Positions 39,143-49,257 of a DNA stretch of 64,000 nucleotides are shown in pieces. Location: contig JBOEGF010000007.1 of NCBI GenBank assembly GCA_050633305.1, positions 128,001 through 192,000 on the forward strand. The letters are read 5' to 3'. Under the pieces are notes generated by a model. It made no database searches, was not told where the DNA came from, and was given only the letters and a program-made list of their open reading frames with translations. The first letter of the stretch is position 1. Each line of letters begins with the position of its first letter. The DNA comes from Nannocystales bacterium (lineage in GTDB: Bacteria > Myxococcota_A > Polyangia > Nannocystales > Nannocystaceae). A program made the position numbers and the translations under genes.

Positions 39143-40897
39143 ATGTATGCTCCCGCCGTGGATCGACAGCTGCCGCGCGCGACCTCCAACGCTATCGACC
39201 TCTACATCCGCACGTACTACTCGCTGCTGCGAAGTTCGGGCGATGTACGGGTTCGGGCCTTCGAAGAGGCACACATCTTCAGCGAGTCCAGCCTGCACTC
39301 AGGCGCCAAGGACGAGAAGCCCGACGTGGCGGCCTTTGCCTATGCGGCCGCTCGGCTTCCCGGATGCATGCCGTCGGTCAAGCGGCTGATCCTCGGCCAA
39401 TCGTCCGAGCAGTTCGTGTCCTCTGGTTTCGATGTCAGCGACTGGCAGGTCGTGACGGCGCGTGGGCGCCGTCGGCCCAACCGTTGGAGCAACGAAGACT
39501 GCCTCGCCGTCTACATCACCAGCGCGACGGACATCGATGACCTGGTGCCGATCATCACCGCGTACCAGCTCGAGTGGAACAAGATGCACCGCGCGCTCTC
39601 GTTGAAGCCGCTGGGCGCCCAGATCGCGGCTGGCGAGGTGGTGGATGGTCCCGAGCTACACGCCGCTTTGGCCGAGGCTCTGGGGCTGAGCGAAGCGGAC
39701 GCCGACATGTTGTGGCCGGCGCTGGGCCCCAAGCCGCTCGAGGTCCTCGCGTCGATTGCGAGCCGCGAAGTCGACCTGTCGATCCGGCTGATCGCCGGCA
39801 CGCTTCTGGAGTACCGCCGCGCCACGCAGCGCTGGTGGTTTGGCGTCGAGTCGGCCTACCGCAAGCCCGATGCTCCGCCGCGCCCGGTGTACTTCGTGTC
39901 CTCGAACACGCACGTGCTGGTGAACCTGCTCGGCGGGTACGCGCGAACCCACCGCGACAAGATCTTCGACTTCGCCCGGGAGTCCAACCCTGAGGGGCTC
40001 GCCGACGATGTGACCCGCGTCGCTGCCGAGGGGGAAGAGAACGAGCTCAACAACCTGAGCTACTACCTCCTACGCCAGTACCTGCATGCGGACGAGAAGC
40101 AGGAGCGTATCGCGGAGGTTCAGGCGTGGGACGCCACATGCGGCTTGTCGACGTTGACCTCTCCGGGTGAGCTCGATGTCCACGCGCAGCTGGTGGAGCT
40201 GTGCAAGCTGCGACCCGAGCGTTTGGACCCTCGGGTGCGCGTGCCCGGGCTCGAAGCGCTGGCGGAGTCAGACGCGGTCATCATCAACATCGACTATCCG
40301 CTTGGGATGGCCGCCTACCATCACCTCACGCAGCTCGCGCAGGGCGTGGCGGACATTCGTGGCATCTACGTCATGGGCAAGGCCGCCACGCTCAACGGAC
40401 GAGTTGGGGATGTGATGCTCTCGACGACGGCGTACGACGAGCACTCCGAGAACACCTACCTGTACCGCAACTGCTTCGAGGCCGAGGACATCGCCCCGTA
40501 CGTCCAGCACGGCACCGTGCTCGACAACCAGAAGGCGTTGACGGTCCGAGGGGCGTTCCTGCAGAACGCGGACTACATGCGCACGTACTACGGCGAGGGG
40601 TACACCGTGCTGGAGATGGAGTCGGGACCCTACCTCTCGGCGGTCTACGAGATGGTCTATCCCAAGCGGCACCCGAAGAACGAGGTGGTGCACCTGAGCA
40701 ACCTGCTCCCGTTCGAGTTCGGCATCATCCACTACGCCTCGGACACGCCGTACTCCAAGCGACAGAGCCTGCTGAGCAAGAGCCTTTCGTACTTCGGGAT
40801 GGACAGCACCTACGGATGCGCGGTCGCGATCACCCGCCGGATCCTCGAGCAAGAGGTCGCGCGGCTGGCCAAACTCAAGGGCGCCTCGCGCAGCTGA
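39143..40897 (+). CDS. Conserved hypothetical protein with nucleoside phosphorylase/AMP-nucleosidase-like C-terminus (DUF6909-like)
   Basis: LYIRTYYSLLRSSG N-terminus; YVMGKAA..GDVM, VLEMESGPY, HYASDTP; strong codon bias. Confidence 0.7.
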   Translation: MYAPAVDRQLPRATSNAIDLYIRTYYSLLRSSGDVRVRAFEEAHIFSESSLHSGAKDEKPDVAAFAYAAARLPGCMPSVKRLILGQSSEQFVSSGFDVSDWQVVTARGRRRPNRWSNEDCLAVYITSATDIDDLVPIITAYQLEWNKMHRALSLKPLGAQIAAGEVVDGPELHAALAEALGLSEADADMLWPALGPKPLEVLASIASREVDLSIRLIAGTLLEYRRATQRWWFGVESAYRKPDAPPRPVYFVSSNTHVLVNLLGGYARTHRDKIFDFARESNPEGLADDVTRVAAEGEENELNNLSYYLLRQYLHADEKQERIAEVQAWDATCGLSTLTSPGELDVHAQLVELCKLRPERLDPRVRVPGLEALAESDAVIINIDYPLGMAAYHHLTQLAQGVADIRGIYVMGKAATLNGRVGDVMLSTTAYDEHSENTYLYRNCFEAEDIAPYVQHGTVLDNQKALTVRGAFLQNADYMRTYYGEGYTVLEMESGPYLSAVYEMVYPKRHPKNEVVHLSNLLPFEFGIIHYASDTPYSKRQSLLSKSLSYFGMDSTYGCAVAITRRILEQEVARLAKLKGASRS

Positions 40898-40903
40898 GGA
40901 CGC

Positions 40904-41773
40904 TCAGCGTGCCAGCAGTTGGTCGAGCAGCGGCCGATGGACGTCGGCCTCCGACTCGCCCATCTCGATGGTCTGGTCCAGGAGGTCCGGTCTCGTGTAG
41001 TCCCAGCGCTCGATGGGAACCGGGCGAGTCGGCGCCACGTAGGTCCGGCTGCCGCGGGCGCCGAGGCTCTGCTCGGGGTACGGACGCGTGAGCAGGACGA
41101 GGTTCCCGCGGACGCCGGACGCTTGCTCGGCGGCGTCAGCGGGAACGTTGTCCACCAACGAGCCGTCGAGCAGCCGCTGACCCCGGAACTTGCCCACCGG
41201 GGTGAAGGGCGGGGTGGACGAGCTGGCGATCACCAGGTCGGAAAGTTCCTCCGGTGAAGTGCAGTCGCGCGCGTCGACGAGCTTGGGTCGGAACCCCAAC
41301 TTGCGCGCCATCTGCGGGTGAACACGAGCGGGCTCGAGACGTTTCTCGAGGTTGTACGTCCCGAAGCCCAGCATGGCTCCTGCGGCGGCGGGCACAGCCC
41401 GAGGGAACGCGGCGGTCAAGATCCAGATCGGAAACGGCGCCTCCTGAATCCGTTCGAGGCCGCCGTCGCTGTACGCACACAGCAGCGTGTCTCGATAGAT
41501 CGGTCCATGCGGGGCGGGAGACTGACCGCGTAGAACTCGGGCCCAACTGAGGTTCTTCGAGACGCCGGCCCGGCGGGCGCGCCAGAAGTCCCGTGTGATG
41601 CGTTCTCGCCCGCTGAGCCAAAGCGTCGAGACGCATGCACCCGCGCTGACGGCTGCGATCGCGGCAACGCGGGGGCGGAGGCGGTGCTCCCAGCCGTGCA
41701 ACAGCCCGAGCTGGTAGAACGCTCGGTTGCCACCGCCAGCGAAGGTGATCGCAATGTTGCGCCGTGCGCCCAC
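40904..41773 (-). CDS. Patatin-like phospholipase
   Basis: FAGGGNRA, AVSAG nucleophile motif, ASSSTPP, LLDGSLVDNVP. Confidence 0.88.
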   Translation of the reverse strand: MGARRNIAITFAGGGNRAFYQLGLLHGWEHRLRPRVAAIAAVSAGACVSTLWLSGRERITRDFWRARRAGVSKNLSWARVLRGQSPAPHGPIYRDTLLCAYSDGGLERIQEAPFPIWILTAAFPRAVPAAAGAMLGFGTYNLEKRLEPARVHPQMARKLGFRPKLVDARDCTSPEELSDLVIASSSTPPFTPVGKFRGQRLLDGSLVDNVPADAAEQASGVRGNLVLLTRPYPEQSLGARGSRTYVAPTRPVPIERWDYTRPDLLDQTIEMGESEADVHRPLLDQLLAR

Positions 41774-41905
41774 ACACCGCACTGTGGCGGGCTGGGCTCG
41801 GGTGCGCAAGGACGCTGCGGGCGCGAGGAGGACGCGGAAGACGTCCCACGCAGTGCATCACGGCACCCAAGCCACGCAGAGCTTCGTTTCTCGTCGCTCA
41901 CGGGT

Positions 41906-44773
41906 CTAGGGGGAGCCTGCAGTACGGCGTCTTCGGGTTCCCATCCAGGCGGCCAGGCCGAGACCCGCCAGGAGGACTCCGATCCACGCTCGCCATCCGT
42001 ACGTGCTTGGCGGAGCCTGCTCCGAGGCGGACGCGGTCGCTCGGCCGCCCGGAAACGGCACCAACGATCCGTCTCCGAGGACAACGGCCCCGGCCCAAAC
42101 CGAGCTCGCGACCCCCTCCTCGGCGAGCGATGCCTGAGCACCTGCGAGTGCGGCCGCGACGGAACGTCCCTGGTCAAGCTCCCGATAGAACCGCTCGAAC
42201 AACAGTGTCGCGTCATCGTCAGGGAGCGGCCACTGCGTGCCGACGACGGTCGTCGCGCCGCCCGAGAGAAGAGAATGCGCCAGTCCCAGCACACCTTCGC
42301 CGCTGAGGACCTGGCCACCGGCGCTTTGGCATGCAGAGAGCACGACGAGTTTGCCGTGGAGCGCGAGTTGGGCGACGTCCCGGGGTTGCAGGAGCCCGTC
42401 CGCATCGCCCGGCGCCAAGACGATCGCCGACCGGCCGGGGATGGTCTCGTCGACGACGGCGTGGGTTGCAAAGTGCAGCACCCCGAAAGCGTCGAGGTTG
42501 GCGGCCAGCAACGCGGTCTCGCTCGCATCGGCGCCAAACCACGCCTGGTCCCCCGGAGCATGCGTGGCGCGTTCGGCCTCCCGCCGAGCATGCGGCAGCG
42601 CACGAAGCGGGATTGCGCGAGCATCATCCAGCGCGAAGATCGATTGCGGTGTCTCGCTGGGTTCGAGCGGATCAGCGAGCGCGAGTACGGCAAGGGGTCG
42701 TGCTCGCTGCTCGGGCGCGTCCCGCCTCACGTCCCGCAGCACGGTCGCCGAGGGAGCGATCGCGAGGTCGTACGCCTCGACAAGCAACTGTCCGTTCTCG
42801 CCTCGCATCGCGGCAAACGGGACTTTGTGGAGCTGGTCGTCGAGCAGCAGGGTCAGTTGTTTCGGAGGATGGGGAAGGGAGCGCAGGGGGTCCTCGATGA
42901 GCTGCTGCCCAAGCGTCTGGGCTGCGGTCCTCACCTGGTCTTCGAGACCCTGCTCGATCGCGGGACCGAACATCTCCAGCGCAGCTCGGAGTTGAGAGCG
43001 GGATGGGAGGCGAGCTGCGTGGAGCTGCTCCCGCGTGACGACCAACAGCCATGAGCCGCGGCTTTGATCTCGTGCGAAGTCGAACTGGCCCCCGAGTTGG
43101 TAGGAGAGCAGGGCTTCGTCGGGACCGAGCGCTTTGGAGAGCGCGAGCACAGAGGCCAAGCCCTCCCGCGTCAGCAGGGAGGTTTGTCCGGCGAGATGCT
43201 CGAGCTCCTTGCGCTCCAACGTCACGAGCTCCTCGTGCGCCACTCGACGGCTGTCCTCCGTGAGCTCCGAGACCCGGAGGCGCCGCTGGGTCTGGGTGAT
43301 CGCGTCCCGAATCACCTCGATGCCCGGTCCCGTGGCATGAGACGCGGCGGTCTCTCGAAGCACGCGAGCCCGGTAGCGCTCGCTCACCTCGAAGGCGGAT
43401 GCGAGCCTGCCCGGGGCGGTGACGGAGGCTGGCCCCATCACCGCCCCGTCCGCATCCTCGAGGAGGTGGGCGACGTAACTCTTGAAGACCTCTCCTTGCC
43501 GACCGAGGAGCTCGGCCCGGCCTTGAGCGTTGGCTTGCAACGAACGGACGGTCTCGAACGCTCGGCAGCTGGCCTCGTGCGCTGCCGTGGCGAGGTCGAG
43601 TTCGCCACTGCGCCATGCGACTTCGGCTTCGAGAATCGCGGTGATGGTGATGAGGTCTGTTTGCCCGCTTTGCTCCGCCAGCCTACGCGCATCGTCGATC
43701 AGTGATCGCAACTCGGTCTGCGTTGCTTCGTCGAGCGCACCCGGTCGCCGCAGGAGTGCTCGCGCAAGGCCGAAACGTGCGCCCGTCTCGAGACGTGGGT
43801 CTCCGAACTCCTCGCCTTCGGCCATGCTCTTCCGCGCGAGCGACTCCGCCTCGGCGAGCTCCCCCACATCGACGAGGGCGTCCGCCAAGAGCTGCCACAA
43901 GCCCAGCCGCGCCCCGGGGTTTTGGGCAGAGACCGCAAGGGCGACCGCCGCCCGAACATCCTCGATGAACGCAGTACTCTCAGGTCGGCCGGCTTCGAAA
44001 CGAAGGTCGCGCCGTTGAACGAGGACGTTGTACTGACCGGTGGCTTGAACGTAGGTGTCGCCGGCTTCGGTGGCGATCGCGACAAGTCGCTTGGCAAGAT
44101 CGTGGGCTGCGTGAAGCTTTCCCAGGCGTCGTGCGACGGAGGCCGAGGCATTGAGCCAGGTGACCTTGGCTTGATAGGTTCCGTCGGGAAACAGGAGTGG
44201 TTCGACGTCTGCGAGCTTCCGCTCCGCGCGTCCGAGGTCGCCGTGGGTCCGCAGGTCATGACGAACGGACTCGACCCCCACCGTTGCGATCCACTTGGGC
44301 TCTCCGAGGGCCAGGGCGGCTTCGGTCGCTGCCTCGAGTGCCCCCGCAGCCTGTTCCGGCTCTCCGATGACCCGGAATCGGTGCGCCATGTTGAGCAGAG
44401 TGAGAACCACCGCCAGGTGGTCGCCCCCGGCGGTGAGGGACTCCAGCGCATCTCCGTACAGGACCAGCCCGGCGTTCGAGTCTGCCTGGGCGACGATGTT
44501 CCCCAAGGTGAGGAGCGCATAGCCTCGAGGTCTCGGTTCTTCGAGTACGGCGCCACCGCGAGCCATGCTGGCGCGCAGGCTGTCCTCTGCCTTGGACAGC
44601 TCGACCCCGCCGCGGGTTGCACGATAAAAGCACCCCCACGACTCGCGGCGGCTGGGCTGTGCTTCGACGTCTCGGCGGCACTGCGCCAGGGTTGGGGCTG
44701 CCCGCGCGCGCTCGGGTGCGAAGCTGAGTGCCAAGAACGCGGCAAGGCTCAACCCGCGCGGGCGCACGCTCAC
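41906..44773 (-). CDS. TPR-CHAT (caspase-like) protease with signal peptide and C-terminal TM anchor
   Basis: Signal-like N-terminus ending ARA-A; TPR-like helices; LHFATHA and VVLSACQS dyad motifs; C-terminal hydrophobic helix then TRRRR; GTGA coupling to upstream gene. Confidence 0.9.
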   Translation of the reverse strand: MSVRPRGLSLAAFLALSFAPERARAAPTLAQCRRDVEAQPSRRESWGCFYRATRGGVELSKAEDSLRASMARGGAVLEEPRPRGYALLTLGNIVAQADSNAGLVLYGDALESLTAGGDHLAVVLTLLNMAHRFRVIGEPEQAAGALEAATEAALALGEPKWIATVGVESVRHDLRTHGDLGRAERKLADVEPLLFPDGTYQAKVTWLNASASVARRLGKLHAAHDLAKRLVAIATEAGDTYVQATGQYNVLVQRRDLRFEAGRPESTAFIEDVRAAVALAVSAQNPGARLGLWQLLADALVDVGELAEAESLARKSMAEGEEFGDPRLETGARFGLARALLRRPGALDEATQTELRSLIDDARRLAEQSGQTDLITITAILEAEVAWRSGELDLATAAHEASCRAFETVRSLQANAQGRAELLGRQGEVFKSYVAHLLEDADGAVMGPASVTAPGRLASAFEVSERYRARVLRETAASHATGPGIEVIRDAITQTQRRLRVSELTEDSRRVAHEELVTLERKELEHLAGQTSLLTREGLASVLALSKALGPDEALLSYQLGGQFDFARDQSRGSWLLVVTREQLHAARLPSRSQLRAALEMFGPAIEQGLEDQVRTAAQTLGQQLIEDPLRSLPHPPKQLTLLLDDQLHKVPFAAMRGENGQLLVEAYDLAIAPSATVLRDVRRDAPEQRARPLAVLALADPLEPSETPQSIFALDDARAIPLRALPHARREAERATHAPGDQAWFGADASETALLAANLDAFGVLHFATHAVVDETIPGRSAIVLAPGDADGLLQPRDVAQLALHGKLVVLSACQSAGGQVLSGEGVLGLAHSLLSGGATTVVGTQWPLPDDDATLLFERFYRELDQGRSVAAALAGAQASLAEEGVASSVWAGAVVLGDGSLVPFPGGRATASASEQAPPSTYGWRAWIGVLLAGLGLAAWMGTRRRRTAGSP

Positions 44774-45492
44774 TCGACGGCGAACTCCCACACCTCGGAG
44801 GCATGGCGGCGTCCGTCCGATTCGATCGCTTCGACCCGCCACAGCAAGACCGTGCCGGGCGGGAGAGACGAGACCGCAGTGGCCGGGACCTGAACGCTGG
44901 TGGTGGCGAGGTCGTGCGCTTCGTAGACCGGCTGAAGATCCTGCGTTGTCACCCGGACGGTGAACGAGGAGGCTCGTTCAAGGTCCGAGGACCACTGGAG
45001 CACGACGTCCGTCCGGGGCAGGGGGTCGTCGGCCGCGAGTGTGGTACGGAGCAGCGGTTGCCCTTGCGGTGCTCGGAGGGAGGGCTCGGAGGGGGCCCCA
45101 AACGACTCTGGGGACGGGGCCGTGGCGACCCACAGCGCGAGCGCAGCGGCGGCAGCGAACGCGACACCAACGGCCGCCGAGAACGCGACCCTGCGAGGGC
45201 GAAGGGTTGTCGGCGCGGTTTCGAGTTGTGGTTGGGCGCACTCGTCGTCGGCCGGGATGGGGCCGAGCGCTGCGGCCAGACGCCATTCGAGCGCGAGCTG
45301 GGGGTCTTCGTGCAGACGGTCGATGAGAGCCTGGCGGTCCGGCGCGTGCTCGCCTTCGGCCGGCCCGTGCACGGCGGCCCAAATCTGATCTGGGTCGGTG
45401 GAGGGCAAGCCCGGCTCGGCGGGGATGTGGGCGAACCCTGCTCGCAGGTGGGCGAGTGTCTGTGGAGACGGAGGGGCGATGGGCTCACTCAT
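44770..45492 (-). CDS. Putative transmembrane anti-sigma factor
   Basis: Coupled to ECF gene; short helical N-domain, Ala-rich TM helix, C-terminal beta-sandwich (LQWS..FTVRV..LLWRVEA). Confidence 0.72.
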   Translation of the reverse strand: MSEPIAPPSPQTLAHLRAGFAHIPAEPGLPSTDPDQIWAAVHGPAEGEHAPDRQALIDRLHEDPQLALEWRLAAALGPIPADDECAQPQLETAPTTLRPRRVAFSAAVGVAFAAAAALALWVATAPSPESFGAPSEPSLRAPQGQPLLRTTLAADDPLPRTDVVLQWSSDLERASSFTVRVTTQDLQPVYEAHDLATTSVQVPATAVSSLPPGTVLLWRVEAIESDGRRHASEVWEFAVE

Positions 45493-46091
45493 GGCGAGAA
45501 TCCTTTCCCGTGCAAACAGTTTCGAAGGTCGGCGAGTCCACGAAACACGAGGTTCTCCGTCCGCTTGCGAGTCCAGCCTAGCAGGGATCCTGTCTCGGGC
45601 ACGGTGTGACCTTGAAGGTAGAGGTTAACGGCGCGGCGCCGGTTCTCGGCCAAGCCACACAGGCACGCCCGAATCGCGGTCCCGAGTTGCTGTGCTTCAG
45701 CCGAAGTGTCCGGAGCTGGGACGACCCGCGGCCCCGCCACGGAGGCTTCGGCCGCGCCGTCGACAGTACGCTGACGACTCTGCAACTTGCGGAGCTCGTC
45801 GATCGTCGTCGAGTAGGCCACCCGCCACAGATAGGAGGCGGGGAGCGGAGCGTTGCCCAACCCTTGGCTGCGCACCTTCGCGACACGAAGCATCGCCAGC
45901 TGCACGATGTCTTCGCTGTGCGCGTTCATGGCAGCCGGGCACACGCTCCCGATCGCTCGGGTCAACCGCTGCCGGATCTCCCGCAGCGTTGCATTCTCGT
46001 CGTGGGTCCCCGCCCGAACCGACAACGGCGTGGCCGGCTCCGCATATGCTTGTTTGGCGCCCAGGTCCGACATCCTGCCATCCGGTGACAT
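45489..46091 (-). CDS. ECF-family RNA polymerase sigma factor
   Basis: EDIVQLAMLRV, YLWRVAYSTTIDELRK, LAENRRRAVNL..ETGSLLGW..ENLVFRGLADLR. Confidence 0.92.
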   Translation of the reverse strand: MSPDGRMSDLGAKQAYAEPATPLSVRAGTHDENATLREIRQRLTRAIGSVCPAAMNAHSEDIVQLAMLRVAKVRSQGLGNAPLPASYLWRVAYSTTIDELRKLQSRQRTVDGAAEASVAGPRVVPAPDTSAEAQQLGTAIRACLCGLAENRRRAVNLYLQGHTVPETGSLLGWTRKRTENLVFRGLADLRNCLHGKGFSP

Positions 46092-46233
46092 GCGCCGTCA
46101 CGTGGGTGCACGCGACGAAGCACGGATGCCTCGTCGTCCTCCAGGGCCGGTTCTTTGGGTGATTTCGCGCATGTGTAGAAACTCGAAGAAACCCTGAGGG
46201 GAATCGGTCGCGGCCCACGTCTGTGGCCCGACG

Positions 46234-48312
46234 ATGACGACCTCGCGTCCCTCCCCCCACCGCTGTGCTCGTGGCCTTGTCCTGTTGGGACTCGTCTGCG
46301 GGTGTGTTCCGACCGACGAGGCGTCCGAGCCGATGGAGAATGACCTCCTGTTCGAGCTTCCGGGCGACCTCGTGCTGACCGCCGAGGATCTTCCGGACCC
46401 GGACGCGCCGGAGCGAGAGGCGGTAGACGAGCAGGAGAGCGAGGCCGAGGACCCCACAGCCTCACTCGAGCTCACGGACGCCTCGGGCCCCCTGTTGATC
46501 GCGGATGAGACGAGCTCCGCTTACCTCGGTGTCCGGCGGGTCACGGACTACTACCTCAATCCGCTCGTTGCGGAGACCAGCTATGCCACCCCGGATGTTC
46601 CGGGGTGCTCGGCGACCATGATCGGCCCCAACATGTTGGCCACGGCCGCCCACTGCGGGGTCGACGGAATGCTCACCATGACCGCGGAGGGGCGTGTCTA
46701 TCGAGAACGGGACGTGACGCAGCCGCAGGTTGAGGGCTATGAGTGCAACCTGTTGTTCCACACCTTCCCGGAGAGCGATTTGGCGATCTATCACTGCCCG
46801 CCGCCCGCGTTCGGGCCGAGCTTGGGCGATCGCTTCGGCTGGGTGGACATCTCCCTCACGGAGCCGTCGCTGTACAGCTACATCTTCAGCGTGTTCTCCA
46901 ACCCGATCGATGACGTTGGACCCGACGCGGTGAGCTTGTTGACCAGCGGGTACGTCTCCGAGACCAACGTGCCGAGTCACTGGGCCAATCCGAACAACCC
47001 GCCCGGCGTCGACTCTCCGGTCCAGCTTGCCGAGGTGATCAACACCCAGCTGTGGAGTGACTTCGGGTCCAGCGGCTCGGGACACTTCAACAGCGCCGGG
47101 GAGATGTCGGTGGGCCCGCAGTCGACAGGGATCGAGGACAGCCTGGGCCGCAGTGCCCTGAGTATGCAGGACTACCTGCTCCACGGTTGGATCTACGCGC
47201 CTCAGTCGGCAGCGTGCAACGACCCAAACAACCCCGATGATTGCAGCACGGACGAGACCGTCAACGGGTCCTACGTCTCCGGCCTGGGACTGGACCCGGA
47301 TGACTACCGCGACACCTACGCAGACCTGGACCTCGACTGGTTCTTCGACCTGGTCTCGGACGTGGAGGACCTCGAAGGCGAGAACTACAAGACCCTGTAT
47401 CACCAGAGCTTCGGCAGCCGTCGCCAAACGAGACAGTGGACGATGGGTCCGGGCTCGACCCACGAACTCACTGCGCGTCGAGTCAGCTTCGCGACGAACA
47501 CCGGCGGCATGCTCAACGGGTGGACCGAACTCGCGCGGCACTCGAACCTCAACCTGAGCGCGAACGAGGACTACGAGGTCTCCTTCGGTCTCGACAGCAC
47601 CTTCGGCTACTACCGCGTCTGCCTGGAGGGCAACACGACAACGTGCAGCCCATACTTCTACGACAACAGCGCCGACGGGGAGAGCGCGCACCGGGTCTCG
47701 CTCGTCTCTCCAGCGGGGGACCCTGAACTCGTGGTCCAGGCGTGGAACGGCGTCGGCGCCCTCTACGACGTCTCGCTGTCGTCCTCCGTGCTCTACAGCT
47801 ACACCTATCTGCCACAGGGGTGGGTCGGTCTGTACCACCACGTGAACGACTTCGACCGGTTCGATGCCCGGGAAGCGTGGGGGAACCCCAATGGTCCGAT
47901 TCGGCCAGTCATCCTACCGGACGGTGACGACTCTGGCGTGGACTGGGCTGCGCGGCTTTCGACGGTCAGCTCCGGGGTGGCGGGCTTCGACTACGACCTC
48001 GAGACGACGATGCTTCCCTTCCCCGAAGACGGAGGTGGAACGCTCTGCTTCAAGCATCGCCGGGACGACAGCGAGCAGTGGCGAGGCGCAACCCTCGGAC
48101 GGGTTCGCGTCGAGCGGCTCGATGGCACGGCGGTGGACGGCTCGTACTTCATCCCCTTGGAGACATGGGGCGAGGCTTGCGTCACTGTGGACGCTGGCTT
48201 GAGCAACGGTGAGGCGTTGCGCGTGCAGTTCGGGTTCTTCACGACCGGACCTGGGGTCCGCGGTGGCGCCTACTTCGTGGATGATGTTGCAGTTCGCCTG
48301 CCGGTCGATTGA
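46234..48312 (+). CDS. Trypsin-like serine protease lipoprotein with C-terminal beta-sandwich domains
   Basis: VCGC lipobox-like; CSATMIG..ATAAHC; SDLAIY; GSSGSG. Confidence 0.82.
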   Translation: MTTSRPSPHRCARGLVLLGLVCGCVPTDEASEPMENDLLFELPGDLVLTAEDLPDPDAPEREAVDEQESEAEDPTASLELTDASGPLLIADETSSAYLGVRRVTDYYLNPLVAETSYATPDVPGCSATMIGPNMLATAAHCGVDGMLTMTAEGRVYRERDVTQPQVEGYECNLLFHTFPESDLAIYHCPPPAFGPSLGDRFGWVDISLTEPSLYSYIFSVFSNPIDDVGPDAVSLLTSGYVSETNVPSHWANPNNPPGVDSPVQLAEVINTQLWSDFGSSGSGHFNSAGEMSVGPQSTGIEDSLGRSALSMQDYLLHGWIYAPQSAACNDPNNPDDCSTDETVNGSYVSGLGLDPDDYRDTYADLDLDWFFDLVSDVEDLEGENYKTLYHQSFGSRRQTRQWTMGPGSTHELTARRVSFATNTGGMLNGWTELARHSNLNLSANEDYEVSFGLDSTFGYYRVCLEGNTTTCSPYFYDNSADGESAHRVSLVSPAGDPELVVQAWNGVGALYDVSLSSSVLYSYTYLPQGWVGLYHHVNDFDRFDAREAWGNPNGPIRPVILPDGDDSGVDWAARLSTVSSGVAGFDYDLETTMLPFPEDGGGTLCFKHRRDDSEQWRGATLGRVRVERLDGTAVDGSYFIPLETWGEACVTVDAGLSNGEALRVQFGFFTTGPGVRGGAYFVDDVAVRLPVD

Positions 48313-48365
48313 ACCAATGCGGCGGGCCTCGATGTCGAGGCCCGCGTGTTCGCCGGTTCTGGGCG

Positions 48366-48752
48366 CTAGGACAGAAGGTCGCCGCACAACCGCAGCGCAT
48401 CCGTCGTGGTGAAGATCCCCACCGGACGCCCCTCCTCCTCGATGAGCGCACTGCCGAGTCGGTCGGCGTGCATCTTCTGAACGACCGTCCGGGCGGCGGT
48501 TGTCGCCGGGACGAGGTAGGGGATGTCGCTCATGGCCTCGGAGACTGCGACCTTGGAGGTGTCCGTGCCCAACGACGCGAGCCAGTGCACATCTCGCTCG
48601 CTCAGCACACCGACGAGGCGACCGCCCTCGAGGACGGGAAGGTGGCGGACTGTGTGTTCCGCCATCTTCGCGGCGGCTGTCTTGAGGCACTGCTCCACGC
48701 CGATCGAGATCGTCAGCGGGCTCATGTACTTGCCGATTTCGAGGTCGGTCAT
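48366..48752 (-). CDS. CBS domain-pair protein
   Basis: VRHLPVLEGGRLVGVLSERD; GIFTTTDAL. Confidence 0.9.
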   Translation of the reverse strand: MTDLEIGKYMSPLTISIGVEQCLKTAAAKMAEHTVRHLPVLEGGRLVGVLSERDVHWLASLGTDTSKVAVSEAMSDIPYLVPATTAARTVVQKMHADRLGSALIEEEGRPVGIFTTTDALRLCGDLLS

Positions 48753-48769
48753 GATGGCTGTCTCCTGAA

Positions 48770-49189
48770 CTAGAACTGGTCCGCGAGATAGCGGATGAGG
48801 TCCGTGCTGGTCACGAGGCCCACGAGGTTTTGCTCGGCGTCGACGACGGGAACGGAGTGGAATTTCCCCGAGGCGAGGACCGCAGCAGCGTCGCGAACCT
48901 TTTGGGTGTTGGAGAGTGTGGTCAGCTCGGTGGACATGACCTTCTCGACGGAGAACTCGTGGTCGAGCATCGCGTCGACAGCCCGGGCGTCGGCGCCGTA
49001 GGCGGAGAAGCTCACCCGGATCATGTCGGTCGCGCTGATCAGCCCGACAAGCTTGGTGCCGCTCACCACGGGCACGTGGTGGATCCCCTGCTCGGCAAGG
49101 AGTTTGCGGACCTCACTCAGCTTGTGGGTGACGTTGACCGTCGTCAGCTCGGTGCTCATCACCGTGGACAGAGGCTCGTTGCGCTTCAT
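48770..49189 (-). CDS. CBS domain-pair protein
   Basis: IHHVPVVSGTKLVGLISATD; SVPVVD..LVGLVTSTDLI. Confidence 0.92.
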   Translation of the reverse strand: MKRNEPLSTVMSTELTTVNVTHKLSEVRKLLAEQGIHHVPVVSGTKLVGLISATDMIRVSFSAYGADARAVDAMLDHEFSVEKVMSTELTTLSNTQKVRDAAAVLASGKFHSVPVVDAEQNLVGLVTSTDLIRYLADQF

Positions 49190-49257
49190 GCTCTGTCCAT
49201 ACCGTCCCCCGCCGGGACACCGCCGGCAAACGTTGCCGGGCCCCCCGAGCGCCGTGG

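Noticed and set aside
41906..48312. Mobile island interpretation of the ECF-CHAT region
   Set aside because: No integrase, transposase, tRNA site or flanking direct repeats seen; a compositional shift could not be quantified by eye.
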